Positions 37,976-48,900 of a DNA stretch of 64,000 bases are shown here, piece after piece (within the stretch, counting starts at the first letter, position 1; every line of letters begins with the position of its first letter). This DNA is from a virus: the IMG/VR virus record IMGVR_UViG_3300034031_000013, positions 11,858 through 75,857 of that record, one strand, 5' to 3'. Below the pieces are notes generated by a model that was not told the DNA's origin, ran no database searches, and worked only from the letters and a program-made list of their open reading frames with translations. Position numbers and translations under genes: made by a program.

Positions 37976-38576
37976 TGAATACGCTTAAATTATTGGTTGT
38001 AGTTCGTTGCCAGCTTTTATACATTTGATCGAGGCTGAAAGGCTTAACCGCCCGTCTTGCGTTCCTTAAAGAATTGAAATAGATACGCTCATTCTCGCGC
38101 TTCGTGCCGTCGCCTGTCTTTCTATCGCCTCTTGAGTCCTGCCATATAATCCAGTTGATTAAAGCCTCTTCAAATAGCGGGTGAACGATATAATCTCCGT
38201 CCTGCGTTGCTTGAGGGAGGTACTCGCACATTACTTCGCTTTCGGCAAAGGCAGAAGAAAGCCTGATGCTTGTTTCCCTGTCCTTGCAATAAGAATATTG
38301 ACTGAGAAGGCTTTCGTTTTCTTCTAGTATAACCTTGTGCCCGCCAACCTCTACAAACAGGCTTAAGATATTCAGCGAGTCGCAAGGGATACATAGTGTA
38401 TTATCTGCCTGTACTTCAAGCGGAACAGTGACGGGCTTTCCGCAAGAATGTAAATGAAGTTCTTTCCTGCCACGTATGGCTAGTTGCGTTAATCTGTAAT
38501 GCGCAGAATCAGGCAACCGATATTGAAGTAGATATTGGTCAACAACATCGCCGAGATATATTAAATTGCTTTCCAT
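37965..38576 (-). CDS. Tail ring/adaptor protein
   Basis: LAIRGRKELH...IVHPLFEEALINWI; position before stabilisation gene. Confidence 0.6.
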   Translation of the reverse strand: MESNLIYLGDVVDQYLLQYRLPDSAHYRLTQLAIRGRKELHLHSCGKPVTVPLEVQADNTLCIPCDSLNILSLFVEVGGHKVILEENESLLSQYSYCKDRETSIRLSSAFAESEVMCEYLPQATQDGDYIVHPLFEEALINWIIWQDSRGDRKTGDGTKRENERIYFNSLRNARRAVKPFSLDQMYKSWQRTTTNNLSVFNAN

Positions 38577-39232
38577 TATGCTTGCGCCTCCTTAATTTCT
38601 TGCCCGTCGTTCTTTATATCCTGCGGCATCATTAAACTCTTCTTTAACTCGGCTACGATATTTGTCTTTGCCGTAGCAATCATTCCCTGTGGCATGTTTA
38701 AATCAGAAGTTAACCCACCATCTGCTGTTGCTATATCAAGATTTATGGCTGGCAATTCCAATAGAGGGAACATGTTTTTATTGATGTAGCCGTAAAGTTT
38801 ATTTCCAACTATCCACATATAAATGTTTTTTACAGGGTTTCGCCTAGACGACGATTTCATCCTAGCAACCTCGTGCCTCTCAATCATTTTTATTAGTGAA
38901 GGATCGGAATTTACATTGGCCGGAGTTATCGTAATCGAGCGTTGGCTTGGCAACCCTACAGGCATTGATGGAAGCGTTGCTACTTTGTCCCCCGAGGCGG
39001 AATCATCAGAAAGAGCAACGTTGTTAAAGCGAACATAGAAAGTATCATCGGCGTAAGTTATTCCCTCTAAATTGGTTTTTTCGTAAGCGTTGACTAAAGC
39101 GAAGTTGGCGATAGTGTCATTTAGCTTAGTCAGGACAAACCGCTCGGTTATTCGGGCATCCGAAGGGGGCATACCACCGTATACCTCGTATAAAACCTCC
39201 TGACAAAATTCTTTTTTTGTTTTTACAGACAT
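38576..39232 (-). CDS. Virion ring/adaptor structural protein
   Basis: 218 aa; synteny in crAss-like head-tail module. Confidence 0.55.
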   Translation of the reverse strand: MSVKTKKEFCQEVLYEVYGGMPPSDARITERFVLTKLNDTIANFALVNAYEKTNLEGITYADDTFYVRFNNVALSDDSASGDKVATLPSMPVGLPSQRSITITPANVNSDPSLIKMIERHEVARMKSSSRRNPVKNIYMWIVGNKLYGYINKNMFPLLELPAINLDIATADGGLTSDLNMPQGMIATAKTNIVAELKKSLMMPQDIKNDGQEIKEAQA

Positions 39233-39235
39233 ACC

Positions 39236-39907
39236 TTAGTGTGCTTTTTGTTCTTCCTGCAATGCGTATTGTTTCAATTCACCGTCACGTAAGCTAATGC
39301 CCATATACCCTAATATTTTGGCTACTAGAGTCATTTTAAAGCCCTCGGCCCACTCGAAGTTGACTGTACCTGTTGCATTATATACGGGAGTTCTACCCCC
39401 GCTTAGTGTATAATTCCACTTTACACTAACAGGTTTTTTCAGATACGTTAACTTCATTGCCGTTAAGCTTGTCGGGTATACCTGCAAGTACAATCCCGCG
39501 TCGGCATAAATCGGGTAATCGACTGTTGGGGCATCAATAGAACTATCCAAATAAGCAGGGATAAGATTCATTGGCTTCCAATCGGCTAGTTTTGTACCGA
39601 CAATTACGGTATCAATAAACTCTACGTCCGTCGGTAGCGTAAAAACTCCCGCTGAACCCGTGATTGAATAGTTTGGTACTAAGAAAGGGGCAAGGTCGCG
39701 GTCGATGATTTTATTCATTCCAGGTGTTACCCTTGGCGTTGCCTTTCCTTGCTGATAAAGGGTCTTAATAGGGGTTATCTTTTCCCGGTGCAGATCAACG
39801 TTGGCAAGTTGAGCAAGCCTTGTAAATTCCTCGGGAGATACCACCGTATGCTGTTGCTTTTGACACATCGCATACACTATTTTTTTAACCTCGTCTATCA
39901 GTATCAT
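39236..39907 (-). CDS. Virion ring/adaptor structural protein
   Basis: VSPEEFTRLAQLAN, PTVDYPIY, YLKKPVSVKWNY, ILGYMGISLRD motifs. Confidence 0.65.
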   Translation of the reverse strand: MILIDEVKKIVYAMCQKQQHTVVSPEEFTRLAQLANVDLHREKITPIKTLYQQGKATPRVTPGMNKIIDRDLAPFLVPNYSITGSAGVFTLPTDVEFIDTVIVGTKLADWKPMNLIPAYLDSSIDAPTVDYPIYADAGLYLQVYPTSLTAMKLTYLKKPVSVKWNYTLSGGRTPVYNATGTVNFEWAEGFKMTLVAKILGYMGISLRDGELKQYALQEEQKAH

Positions 39908-39911
39908 AACC

Positions 39912-39946
39912 TAAAAATACCCAATAAACTAAGGTGCTTTTAACGA
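39912..39946 (-). promoter_or_regulatory. Late promoter (leaderless)
   Basis: TCGTT-AAAA-GCACC-N13-TATTTTTA-ggtt-ATG. Confidence 0.55.
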
Positions 39947-40002
39947 AAAACCCCCACTATCTCTCGACGGCGGGGGCAAGGCACTGATTATGGAAAGGGT
40001 CT

Positions 40003-40950
40003 TTAAACCTTCTTAGAATACACCTCCCAAAATTTCTTTCCCTCTGCCGAGGTGAATGTCCATTCTGCTAGTTCTCCTGCGGTCTTGTCCTGATTTTTGG
40101 TGTTTCTAACTTCACATACGGGTACGCCTGTATCTGTCCATACTACACTGTTCTGATCTGCCTTTAACGTTAATATTCCCTTTTCAAAGCCCTTCATGAT
40201 TGCGTACTGCTTGTCGAATTTAGGGTTGCTAAGATTGTCGAGTACCAGTTTTGCGTTCTTTGCCGCTACTGATACATCTGAATCATTGAAGAAATCACGA
40301 AGCCTGTTGCGTAATGCCAAGTCATCGGTTTCAATAATATTGAAGATAATTCTTGCCAGTGGGCGAAGTTCATCCGCATCTCTCTCAGCAAGTTTTTGTC
40401 TTACTTTATCAATGGTGTCGTAATCTTCGTTTTTCTTTTTCTCTAGCAATGTTTTATCGCGAAGCTTAAATAGTGGTTCGCGCTGATTTAAACGTCTTGG
40501 GTTGTCCTCGTTGTCGTCGTGGCGTATCAGGTAGTGAAGTTTATTAACGTCCGTTCCTTCTACGGCTAATTCATTGTTGTGAAACCCGATAAACGGCGGG
40601 TCTAATGCTAATAGCGAGGCATCCATTTCGTCAACGAAAATTGTGTCTGCTACGGGGATGTATTTAATCTCGCGTATACGGTTAAGTTCTACGTCGAAGA
40701 TTTTGTTACTGCTCCCTACAACCACGTTGCGGCTTGCTTCTGATTTCTTTACCAGTTCAAAAACATAGCTTGCTGACGGGTCAATTTCTAATTCCATACT
40801 CGTTTTCTTTTTTACTTCTTTGATCGCTACAGTTGCTTCGGGTTGAACTTGTGGTTGATTTGCCAATGCCTCCCTTGCCTCGCGTTCTCTTTTCTCCCTA
40901 TTGTACTTTACAAGTGGGTTTTCTTTTTTTTCTATTGTTTCCGTTTCCAT
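40003..40950 (-). CDS. Conserved protein downstream of MCP (crAss gene-75-like position)
   Basis: 315 aa; REIKYIP..TIFVDE motif; synteny. Confidence 0.6.
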   Translation of the reverse strand: METETIEKKENPLVKYNREKREREAREALANQPQVQPEATVAIKEVKKKTSMELEIDPSASYVFELVKKSEASRNVVVGSSNKIFDVELNRIREIKYIPVADTIFVDEMDASLLALDPPFIGFHNNELAVEGTDVNKLHYLIRHDDNEDNPRRLNQREPLFKLRDKTLLEKKKNEDYDTIDKVRQKLAERDADELRPLARIIFNIIETDDLALRNRLRDFFNDSDVSVAAKNAKLVLDNLSNPKFDKQYAIMKGFEKGILTLKADQNSVVWTDTGVPVCEVRNTKNQDKTAGELAEWTFTSAEGKKFWEVYSKKV

Positions 40951-40965
40951 TGTCCTTTATTTAAT

Positions 40966-40993
40966 AAAAAAGGGAGAGACACGCCCTCCCTTT
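40966..40993 (-). terminator. Terminator after MCP
   Basis: AAAGGGAG...CTCCCTTT followed by TTT. Confidence 0.7.
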
Positions 40994-41006
40994 AAATTGG
41001 TTTCTA

Positions 41007-42347
41007 CTAAGAGAAGTTTGGTTGTAACCACATATAACCGTTCAATCCGAAAGGATCAATACCTTTTCTTGTTACGTGTGATATTACCAAATGCTCTATA
41101 TCGTCCGTTGATGGTTTTGCTAAACCTCCTGTTTGACGGATTTTGATTGGAGCGTCTGTCTCTTTTTCACCTTGCCATCTTACGCGGAAACGTGGTACGT
41201 TTGTGCCATCAGGCTGTACTCCAAATCCTCTAGGAATCATCAAGCAAGCGTTGTTGTAGTAGCCTGTATTAACGGCTGCTCCTGCGATTGCTGCTGAACT
41301 AAAGTGTTTGTAAGTGGTGAAGTTAAACTTAATGTCATTTACAGAATATGCGCTGTAGTTGTCATTAATCTTCATTGGCCCTTCTTCGTAAGCTTTACCC
41401 CAAACGATACCGCCACCTGCGCCATAAGTAGAGCGTAAGAACGCTTCAAACTTCAAGCGGAAGTTGATATTCATTAAGGCATCATACTCCCATGAGTAAC
41501 CTTCTGCGTCGATTAAACGGGCAAGGTTATCAAAGAACGCCTGATTGATAGCTGTAGAAGATGTATCTACCTGACCGAACTCTTTCACTAGAGGGATTAA
41601 CGCTCTGTGATTGTCTTCAACACCTGCTACGCCCGTGATTTTGTCGATAAACATCAACAGTTGCTCTTGGTCGTATAAGAACTTCTCGCGTTCTGCCGCT
41701 TGTTGGCGGAATTTGTAGCTGTTCTCGAATCCTGGCATATCCACCTTCTCGAATAAATTCCAGTCAGTAAACTCTTGCGAAGATTTGATTGTAGCGCACT
41801 CGTTGTAAATCTTCTCGTCAATACGATAGATTCCCTGTTGGGTGCCTGATGCTTGGCCTACGATTGTCGGCTTGTAAATCAAAGCATGAGCCGATGTAAT
41901 ATTTACTGAACCGCCTAATGTTGCGTTCTTTAAACCTACAGTGTGAGCATTGGCAGTAGATGTGCTTTTCGCTACTACCTGATACAACTCACCGTTGGTA
42001 TCATTCATGTAGTAGTGTCCGATTCCCGGAGGCGAAGTTGTACCGTTTGTTGCGTGGTAAGCACTTGTAATAGTTGCTGTACCTGTTGCGTTGGCTCCTG
42101 CTGTTACTGTAGCTGTAGCCTTGAACATCGGAATGCTCTTGCCTTTTTGAGTCCAGTGAAAGAACTTGTTGTTTGGAGTGTAAACTCCTGCACCCTGTGC
42201 CTCTCTTGTTACGATGTAATTCTCGCGTAGAAGATTCGGGTACTTTTCGATAAAATCAGGATAGGTCTTTTCATTCAAAAGACTCAAATCTGATAGTAAT
42301 GTTCTCGTAGCCTGTGCTACCGAGATGTTTGATGGTTGTCCTGCCAT
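41007..42347 (-). CDS. Major capsid protein (crAss-like HK97 fold)
   Basis: 446 aa after portal and scaffold; KFFHWTQ near N-terminus and C-terminal TGG..A.PSTDD...HVTRKG..FGLN pattern. Confidence 0.8.
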   Translation of the reverse strand: MAGQPSNISVAQATRTLLSDLSLLNEKTYPDFIEKYPNLLRENYIVTREAQGAGVYTPNNKFFHWTQKGKSIPMFKATATVTAGANATGTATITSAYHATNGTTSPPGIGHYYMNDTNGELYQVVAKSTSTANAHTVGLKNATLGGSVNITSAHALIYKPTIVGQASGTQQGIYRIDEKIYNECATIKSSQEFTDWNLFEKVDMPGFENSYKFRQQAAEREKFLYDQEQLLMFIDKITGVAGVEDNHRALIPLVKEFGQVDTSSTAINQAFFDNLARLIDAEGYSWEYDALMNINFRLKFEAFLRSTYGAGGGIVWGKAYEEGPMKINDNYSAYSVNDIKFNFTTYKHFSSAAIAGAAVNTGYYNNACLMIPRGFGVQPDGTNVPRFRVRWQGEKETDAPIKIRQTGGLAKPSTDDIEHLVISHVTRKGIDPFGLNGYMWLQPNFS

Positions 42348-42368
42348 TACTTAAAGGTTTTTAAGCGA

Positions 42369-43427
42369 CTAGTACCGCATCAGCGAAACTTCGGGGGCTA
42401 CCTCTCGATTGGTTTGTTGGGTTGACTGATTGTTCCTCAACGTGGAATTTTTCAAATCTTTTTCAATAAACTCTTCTCGGGCCTTAGCAATCCCTTCTTT
42501 CACTACTGCATCTCTAATCTGTTTACTAAATTTGATTTCAGCTAAGTGGCTTAAATACCCCGGTATGTTGAACTTACCATCTTCGGGAAAATACTCTTTT
42601 ACCTCTTCTTGCGTAGGCGTGTACACCTTCGCGAAGTCCGCTAATTGTTTACGCTTATTTTCGTCAAGCTTAAATTCTGACTTGAAAGTAAACTCACTGT
42701 CATCCAGAACTATTTTAGGCTCGATTTCTATTGTTTCGATTTTTAATGAGGCAGAATCTATTTGATTAAACATTTCCTGCTGCTCTTTTTTAAATTGTAC
42801 TTCCTGCTCGGCTAACTCTGCCTGTGTTGCCTGAAACTCTTTGTAAGATTTGTAGCCTTCGTCGGTATCAAGCGGGTTAGGCAGGCTTGGCAATTCAAAG
42901 GATTCCGCTTTTTCTTTAAAGAATCCATCCGCCTTGTAAAGAAGCTCTTTACGCTTGATTTCCTGCGATTTAAGCTCCTTTTTCTGATCTTCGGTAAGTA
43001 GTTCCGCAACGTACTCTTCCGCCCCTATACCGAACTCCGAAGCCGCTTTAAAGGCTATGTCATCTTCATCAAGCATTGGGTTTAACTCCTTTAGGTATGC
43101 CAGTACCTTTTGATCGGAGGAGTAAGATTCGTACTCAAACTTTTGGCGCAATGCCTCGTATGCTTCCTTTTCTTTTCCCTCGCGGATTGTTTCGTAAAGC
43201 CAACGGTCTTTTTCTGATTTAAATTCAGGAACGAAGGGCGCTACAACCTCTGCTTTTTCTTCTACCTGCGCCGCTACTTCCTGTATCTCCTCGGTTGGTG
43301 TTTGTTCAACCACCTCAGATGCTGTTTCTTGAATTTCTGTGTTTTCTTCCTCAATTACCGCCTCTTGTTCTACTACAGGATTCTCCCGTAAATAAGCGGC
43401 TAACATTGAATCAACTTCCTTTTCCAT
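42369..43427 (-). CDS. Acidic scaffold-like protein
   Basis: Glu-rich, between portal and MCP. Confidence 0.65.
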   Translation of the reverse strand: MEKEVDSMLAAYLRENPVVEQEAVIEEENTEIQETASEVVEQTPTEEIQEVAAQVEEKAEVVAPFVPEFKSEKDRWLYETIREGKEKEAYEALRQKFEYESYSSDQKVLAYLKELNPMLDEDDIAFKAASEFGIGAEEYVAELLTEDQKKELKSQEIKRKELLYKADGFFKEKAESFELPSLPNPLDTDEGYKSYKEFQATQAELAEQEVQFKKEQQEMFNQIDSASLKIETIEIEPKIVLDDSEFTFKSEFKLDENKRKQLADFAKVYTPTQEEVKEYFPEDGKFNIPGYLSHLAEIKFSKQIRDAVVKEGIAKAREEFIEKDLKNSTLRNNQSTQQTNREVAPEVSLMRY

Positions 43428-43431
43428 GTAT

Positions 43432-43466
43432 CAAATTTAGTTTGAATTATAAAGCGTTTTTGGCGT
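43432..43466 (-). promoter_or_regulatory. Late promoter (leaderless)
   Basis: ACGCC-AAAA-ACGCT-N13-TAAATTTG-atac-ATG. Confidence 0.75.
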
Positions 43467-43467
43467 T

Positions 43468-45861
43468 TTAGGCTACCATTTGCTCACCTTCCATTCCCTC
43501 TTGTTCTGCCATATCCTGCTGTTCAGCCATGTGTTCTTCCATTGCTTCCTGCTCAGCTTTAGCTAGTTCCTCTTCGTCTAGTTCTTCGGTTTGCCTGTCA
43601 ATGAGTTTCTGCACAAAAGCAGGTATCGCAAACCCCGTTTCCATGTTTTTAAGGAGGGCTTGACTTACCAAGTTTTGGTAAATAGTATCACGGCTTATCT
43701 TCCCCTTGGCGGCTTCTTTTGCGATTGCCATTTCATCGGACTTCTGCTGATTTTCTTGAGCCAGTTGCATTTGCTGTTGTGCCTGTTGCCCTTGAATTGC
43801 CTGTGCTTCCTGCGCCTGTTTTGCCTGCGCCTCCTGTGCTTGTTTGGCTCGTTGCTTAGTTACGAACGAAAGGTATTTAATCGCTTTCTTGACGTTGGTT
43901 TTGGCGTACTCCCGAATGATAAGGGAATCTTCCAACTGAATCAATCCTGCACCTAGCGACCGTTCGATATTCTGCTCTAATTGAGCCATTTCATTAGCAG
44001 GGCTACCTACCTTAATCATTACATCGTAATTACTATCGGTAATGTCCTTGCGCTTCTTAATAAAGTCAGCATTGGCTTTATTAAGAAGCTTCATGTACAT
44101 ACTATTGGCATCGGCTGATTTTAAGGTATCCCAAAGCCTTATCGCAATCCCTTTGACCGAATTGCCCATGATGGATATTAAACCTCCGTAGATGTGAGAT
44201 GTGGCGGTATTAGAGGCTTTGATTTGATTGTTCATTACATTCATTCCCTGCCTCTCGCCTACGCCTATCCCATCTACTGCTTCGTTTACACTGATATAGG
44301 TTCTGATGTTGTTGAACTCGAAGTTGTAGATGTTAATATACTCCCCAAGGCTACTTCCCATGCTATAGGTCGCATCCTGCATAGGCGGGTTCTTATTCTC
44401 CCCGTCGATACCTTTGCTTGAGTAATACCTATCACCTGTTTGAAGTCTTATTTCGCGAAGCTTCATTGGATTTGTTTTACCAATGCCTTCGCCTAAATCA
44501 AGGTCTAGTACCGAATCAATATCCATCTGCACCCCATTTGGCGGGGTTGTAGCCATTAACTGCATGATTTTCAGTATGGCGATATCCATATTAATAATCG
44601 AGGATTCTAAGTAACCCATTGGGGACTTTGGCAACATCGTTCCGTCATTACTCAACATATAAATCGAGTAGCTGAACCGCACATCTTCTTTGTCCTCGTT
44701 GCTTCTTAGCAGGTTTTCCATTTCACCCCACTTGGGAAGTAAATCGGTTCCTACAATCCAGGCTCCCGAATAAATGGTTGGTATCGGGTAAGAGAACGGT
44801 TGCTTGTTAGGGTTGCTTGCTTTACCTTCTTTAAGGTCGAATATCTTACGACCGTTATTATCTTTCCCCTTTACTCCTGTGATGTATTTAGTGGCACGAT
44901 ATTCAAAGAACATAATATCAACTAAGTACCCATCATAAGGGCGGGAATTAACATTTACGTCCTCCCATGCGCTATTCCAATCTCCTAGATTAGACGGGTT
45001 GCCATTGCTGTTAATGTTGTTCTTGGCGGCTTTATATAACTCCTTTTCAGGGATATTAGGCCACATACAGCGAACATCGACAATGCTCATCCGTTCCATG
45101 TGACCGCAGTAAGGGACTTTTGCCGAGATGTTCAATCCTTCGGTTGTGCCGTAGAAAAGAAACTCGGATTTGATGCGCTTAAGGCGGATACGATTAACAC
45201 CGTCGAAGTAATTTTGGGTTGCGGCAAGGGCGGTGTCTACCAAATCTCCTACCACTTCTTTTTTAATATCTTCCCAATCGTTATTGTACAGAACAAAGTT
45301 TATTCCCTCCTCCATGAGAAGTTCTTCACGCTCTTTGTCGTTCAATTCCAGCCACATATCAAGTTCTTCCTCGTTCTCTGGAACAAAGGCGTTTGGATCT
45401 TCAAACTCGACTCCCGTTTCCTGATTTATCGCCCCGATGAACTCCTTTTCCTTCATTCTAAAGGCGGCATCGTTCTTCTTATCTTCCTTGCGCTGTTTTA
45501 TTTCAAGGGATAGACCTGTACAATCTACACGTTCTACCCGCTCCATTATGGAGTTAATAAGTATATCTCGAAAGTGAGGTGCTATTGGGCGTGGATGGTA
45601 TTCTAATTTTATAAAGGCTTCGGCAGGGTTTATTCCCATTATCTCCCAATACCTTGCCATAGGCTGTTTCCCCGAGGCGAAAGCTCTGCTCGTCTTGAAC
45701 ATATCGTTTCGCTTCTGATAGTAGCCGTTGGTTCCATCAATAGTGGCAGCGAAGATTGATCGGGCTACAGAAATACCATAAGACCGTGAGTTCTTAATGT
45801 TGTTTGGTAAAATCGGGCTTGGGAACACCCCTTTTTCAAACTCTATTTTGTCTTCTGCCAT
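43468..45861 (-). CDS. Portal protein
   Basis: 797 aa after TerL; PIAPHFRDILIN, IYSGAWIVGT, ISVNEAVDG, ASNTATSHI motifs; Gln-rich tail. Confidence 0.85.
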   Translation of the reverse strand: MAEDKIEFEKGVFPSPILPNNIKNSRSYGISVARSIFAATIDGTNGYYQKRNDMFKTSRAFASGKQPMARYWEIMGINPAEAFIKLEYHPRPIAPHFRDILINSIMERVERVDCTGLSLEIKQRKEDKKNDAAFRMKEKEFIGAINQETGVEFEDPNAFVPENEEELDMWLELNDKEREELLMEEGINFVLYNNDWEDIKKEVVGDLVDTALAATQNYFDGVNRIRLKRIKSEFLFYGTTEGLNISAKVPYCGHMERMSIVDVRCMWPNIPEKELYKAAKNNINSNGNPSNLGDWNSAWEDVNVNSRPYDGYLVDIMFFEYRATKYITGVKGKDNNGRKIFDLKEGKASNPNKQPFSYPIPTIYSGAWIVGTDLLPKWGEMENLLRSNEDKEDVRFSYSIYMLSNDGTMLPKSPMGYLESSIINMDIAILKIMQLMATTPPNGVQMDIDSVLDLDLGEGIGKTNPMKLREIRLQTGDRYYSSKGIDGENKNPPMQDATYSMGSSLGEYINIYNFEFNNIRTYISVNEAVDGIGVGERQGMNVMNNQIKASNTATSHIYGGLISIMGNSVKGIAIRLWDTLKSADANSMYMKLLNKANADFIKKRKDITDSNYDVMIKVGSPANEMAQLEQNIERSLGAGLIQLEDSLIIREYAKTNVKKAIKYLSFVTKQRAKQAQEAQAKQAQEAQAIQGQQAQQQMQLAQENQQKSDEMAIAKEAAKGKISRDTIYQNLVSQALLKNMETGFAIPAFVQKLIDRQTEELDEEELAKAEQEAMEEHMAEQQDMAEQEGMEGEQMVA

Positions 45862-45880
45862 TGTTTTTATTTCGTGTAAT

Positions 45881-45915
45881 CAAATTTACCCACGAAAACA
45901 AGGCGGTTTTGGCGG
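45881..45915 (-). promoter_or_regulatory. Late promoter
   Basis: CCGCC-AAAA-CCGCC-N13-TAAATTTG. Confidence 0.75.
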
Positions 45916-45916
45916 A

Positions 45917-48900
45917 TTAAGCACCTCCTAGCCGATACGTCTTGATGTATCTGATACCTGACTGCTTTGATTGGATTGGCTTGGTTTTTTCTTTTAATGC
46001 CATAAGGGAATATCCAAATGCCATGCCCGCATCATAGTCGGTACGTTCTTTAATGTTGAACTTGAGCATATCCCTTAAAATTCTAATGAAGTAGATTTTC
46101 TCCATGTTATTTAAGGCGTACTCTACCATTTCGGTAAGGTGTTCTTCCCGCGATTGCGTGTCTTGCGGGGCTATGCCGTATACTTCTGAGTCATCGGCAC
46201 GTTTAGTAGTAACGAGGTAGCCGAATTTCTTTTTTTGGTCTATAGGGCTTGCTAAGCGCCTTGCTTCGTCCGTTGCGTAATCCTCCCAATCGGTAGGTGA
46301 ACGCTCGGCAAGCATCCGTATTCCGTAGTATTCTAAACCCCAAAAGATTTGATTGTGAAACTCCTGTTTAGTTTTTGGCCTGCCGATAAACATTGCTACT
46401 GGCATCCCTGAATTGTGCGGGTTAAGCGCATTTCGCCGTTTAAATATCACACAGCAAGCATCCGAACCTTTATCAACCGTTTGCTTGGCGTTGGCGAATG
46501 TATCAAGCCCTGCCGCCCCGTACGAGGTGTTATCGGGGCATTTAATACTCCCCTTAAAGGCGAACTTATTTGCTTCTTCAAACGGCAGTAATTCAAGGAT
46601 ATGCCACATCCCTTCTGAATTATCTACAAATTCTACCTTTCCGCCATCGGGTTTCTTAAACAAGCCTCTACGCCCGTTTTCATCGCCTTTATGGGTAGCG
46701 TCGTTCCAAGGAGTTTTCCCTTTTGATTTTATAATTTCCTCTACCCGCTCGATTTGATTATTGAGGTCGATTGTATTGAAGTGGCAAAGATTATTGGCGG
46801 ATTTAAATACCTCCTCGGGATTGTAAGGAACCATACGAACCTCCTCCATGTAATCTTCGGGGTCGTTCTCTTTATTTTTACGCTGTAAATCGCAGTATTC
46901 TTTTGAGCCGATAAAGGCGTTTAGGCATCGAGGGTCTTTCTTAAGCCATTCTGTTTGCTCGGGTGTTGGGGTTTCTACAACGGAGTTGCCGAATTTGTCC
47001 ACGAACCATTCATAGCCCATGAATCCTGGAATAAAGAGGCGGTATAACTTCTTCTCGGTTTGCCCCATCGCATCCCGTTTCAACTGGCTTGAGCCGTCCC
47101 ATACTGCTTTATAATTACTCCCGCCCTTATCTGCACTATTTACGGTGGTAATCAATAGAAGCCGCCCAACGTTCTTGCCTGCAACTATACTTTTTAAAGC
47201 TATTGGCAGGTAAGCATTTATGTCAACCTCTTCCCATTTACCGCAATTCATCGAGAGGGTAAAATCCTCTAAAATCAACCGCTTGTCATCGAGGTTTTCC
47301 GTTTTCAGTTGTATCCCCACGTACTTACCAACACCTTCGGGTATCACCTCTATTCTATTTCGCCTGTATTTAGCGGTTTGTTTATATGCCGGAAACTGCT
47401 TGCGGTTTAGTTTGGTTGGGATTATCGACAAATCACCACTTATTGATACGACATAGCTATCCGTATTATAGTTTGTGTTTTTAAATCTGGGAGTTGATGT
47501 CGAGAAGCCTAACGATCTGGCAAGAAAGCAGATTTGGCCTATTAAATCTTCTCTTGACATGCAGATATGTATAGAGTATTTTCTTTGATCGCAATGACCA
47601 TCTGTATCTATAATTCCTGCAAGTAACTGTAGCCGATTCTCCCTTGAATTAAACAGGTATTCATCCGGTATAAACTTATTTTTATAAACCCCCAATCGCT
47701 TCAACTCATTCAAAAGAGGATTTGATTTACTAGTTCTAACGTGCCTAACGAAATAAATACATTTGGCCTTTTTTGAATTTAGTGGCTGGTAAATTGATGT
47801 ATCGTAGCCTAGTTTAGTTGCGTATTCTTTCAGATAGTCTATTAATTCACGATCTTCCGGTTCGTTTACAACAAACCCGATATTGCTACCAATCCCATCC
47901 CCAATCCAAGCACCGAAAACATAAGGGTCAATTAGGTTATCTATTTCAGGAAAATCAATACCACTACTCCTTAGCCCAAATGTTGTCCGTTTCCTGTATT
48001 TGCCCAAGTTTATAAACTCCTCGGGGGTCATAGTCTTTATACCATCGTCAAAAATTGACTTTACATTACACCTTTGCTCTAAGTATAACTTATGCTTTGA
48101 AGAAACGATATAATCTTTCGAGTAAGGCTGTTTGATACGGTACATGTCGTCGATACCCGAAACGGTATTTTGAACTTCTATTAGCTTCCCACCTTCGACA
48201 ACAACCTTATCGCCAATCTTAATATCCTTAATCGCCTTGAAAGTATAGCCCTCAACCATGATTTTAGTTTCAGGATCGAAACACTCGTCAACTAAAAGCA
48301 TCCATAATCCATCGCCGTCAAAAACGTTACCCGAAGTGGCTCTCCATTCAATCTTATTATTTAGTCCATCTCTGGTGCTAGATGTTGCCCGATCTTTAGA
48401 AGCTCTCTCTGGCGGTTTAGTTATATGTAAAACTTTAGCAGGGGTATCGTTGCCGCTAATGCGAGGTTTTAAAAACGGCGGCAGGCTAGCGAAGGCATTA
48501 ACAAGCATCAACTTGAAAATCTTCTCCGCATCTCCTCCCGTCTTTGAAACTATTCCCTGTTCGATATTGGCCTTTATCAATGCGAATTGAAGCATTATGC
48601 TTATACTCATTGTAGAGACTCCAATACGCCTTCCCTTCATTACGTTTCCGCCTCGACATCTGGGGTCGGAGAATACTATTTCCATAAATCGGAAGAATAA
48701 AAGCGAAGTATCCTTATATGTAGGGTACACCCCTTCCTTAGTAATTGCCCATTGATGGAAGAAGTAACAGAACGCATTAAAGAACGTAGGGACTCCGTTA
48801 ATTAGAATCCATTCACCGTTCATAATACGGTCTATTTCAGCTTCATACCAATCCCACTGTTCAGGAATAGGGTCTACATACCAGACCTTTCCCTGCTTGG

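Noticed and set aside
43770-43860. Repeat in the portal 3' end
   Set aside because: Codon-phased QAQEAQA low-complexity protein repeat
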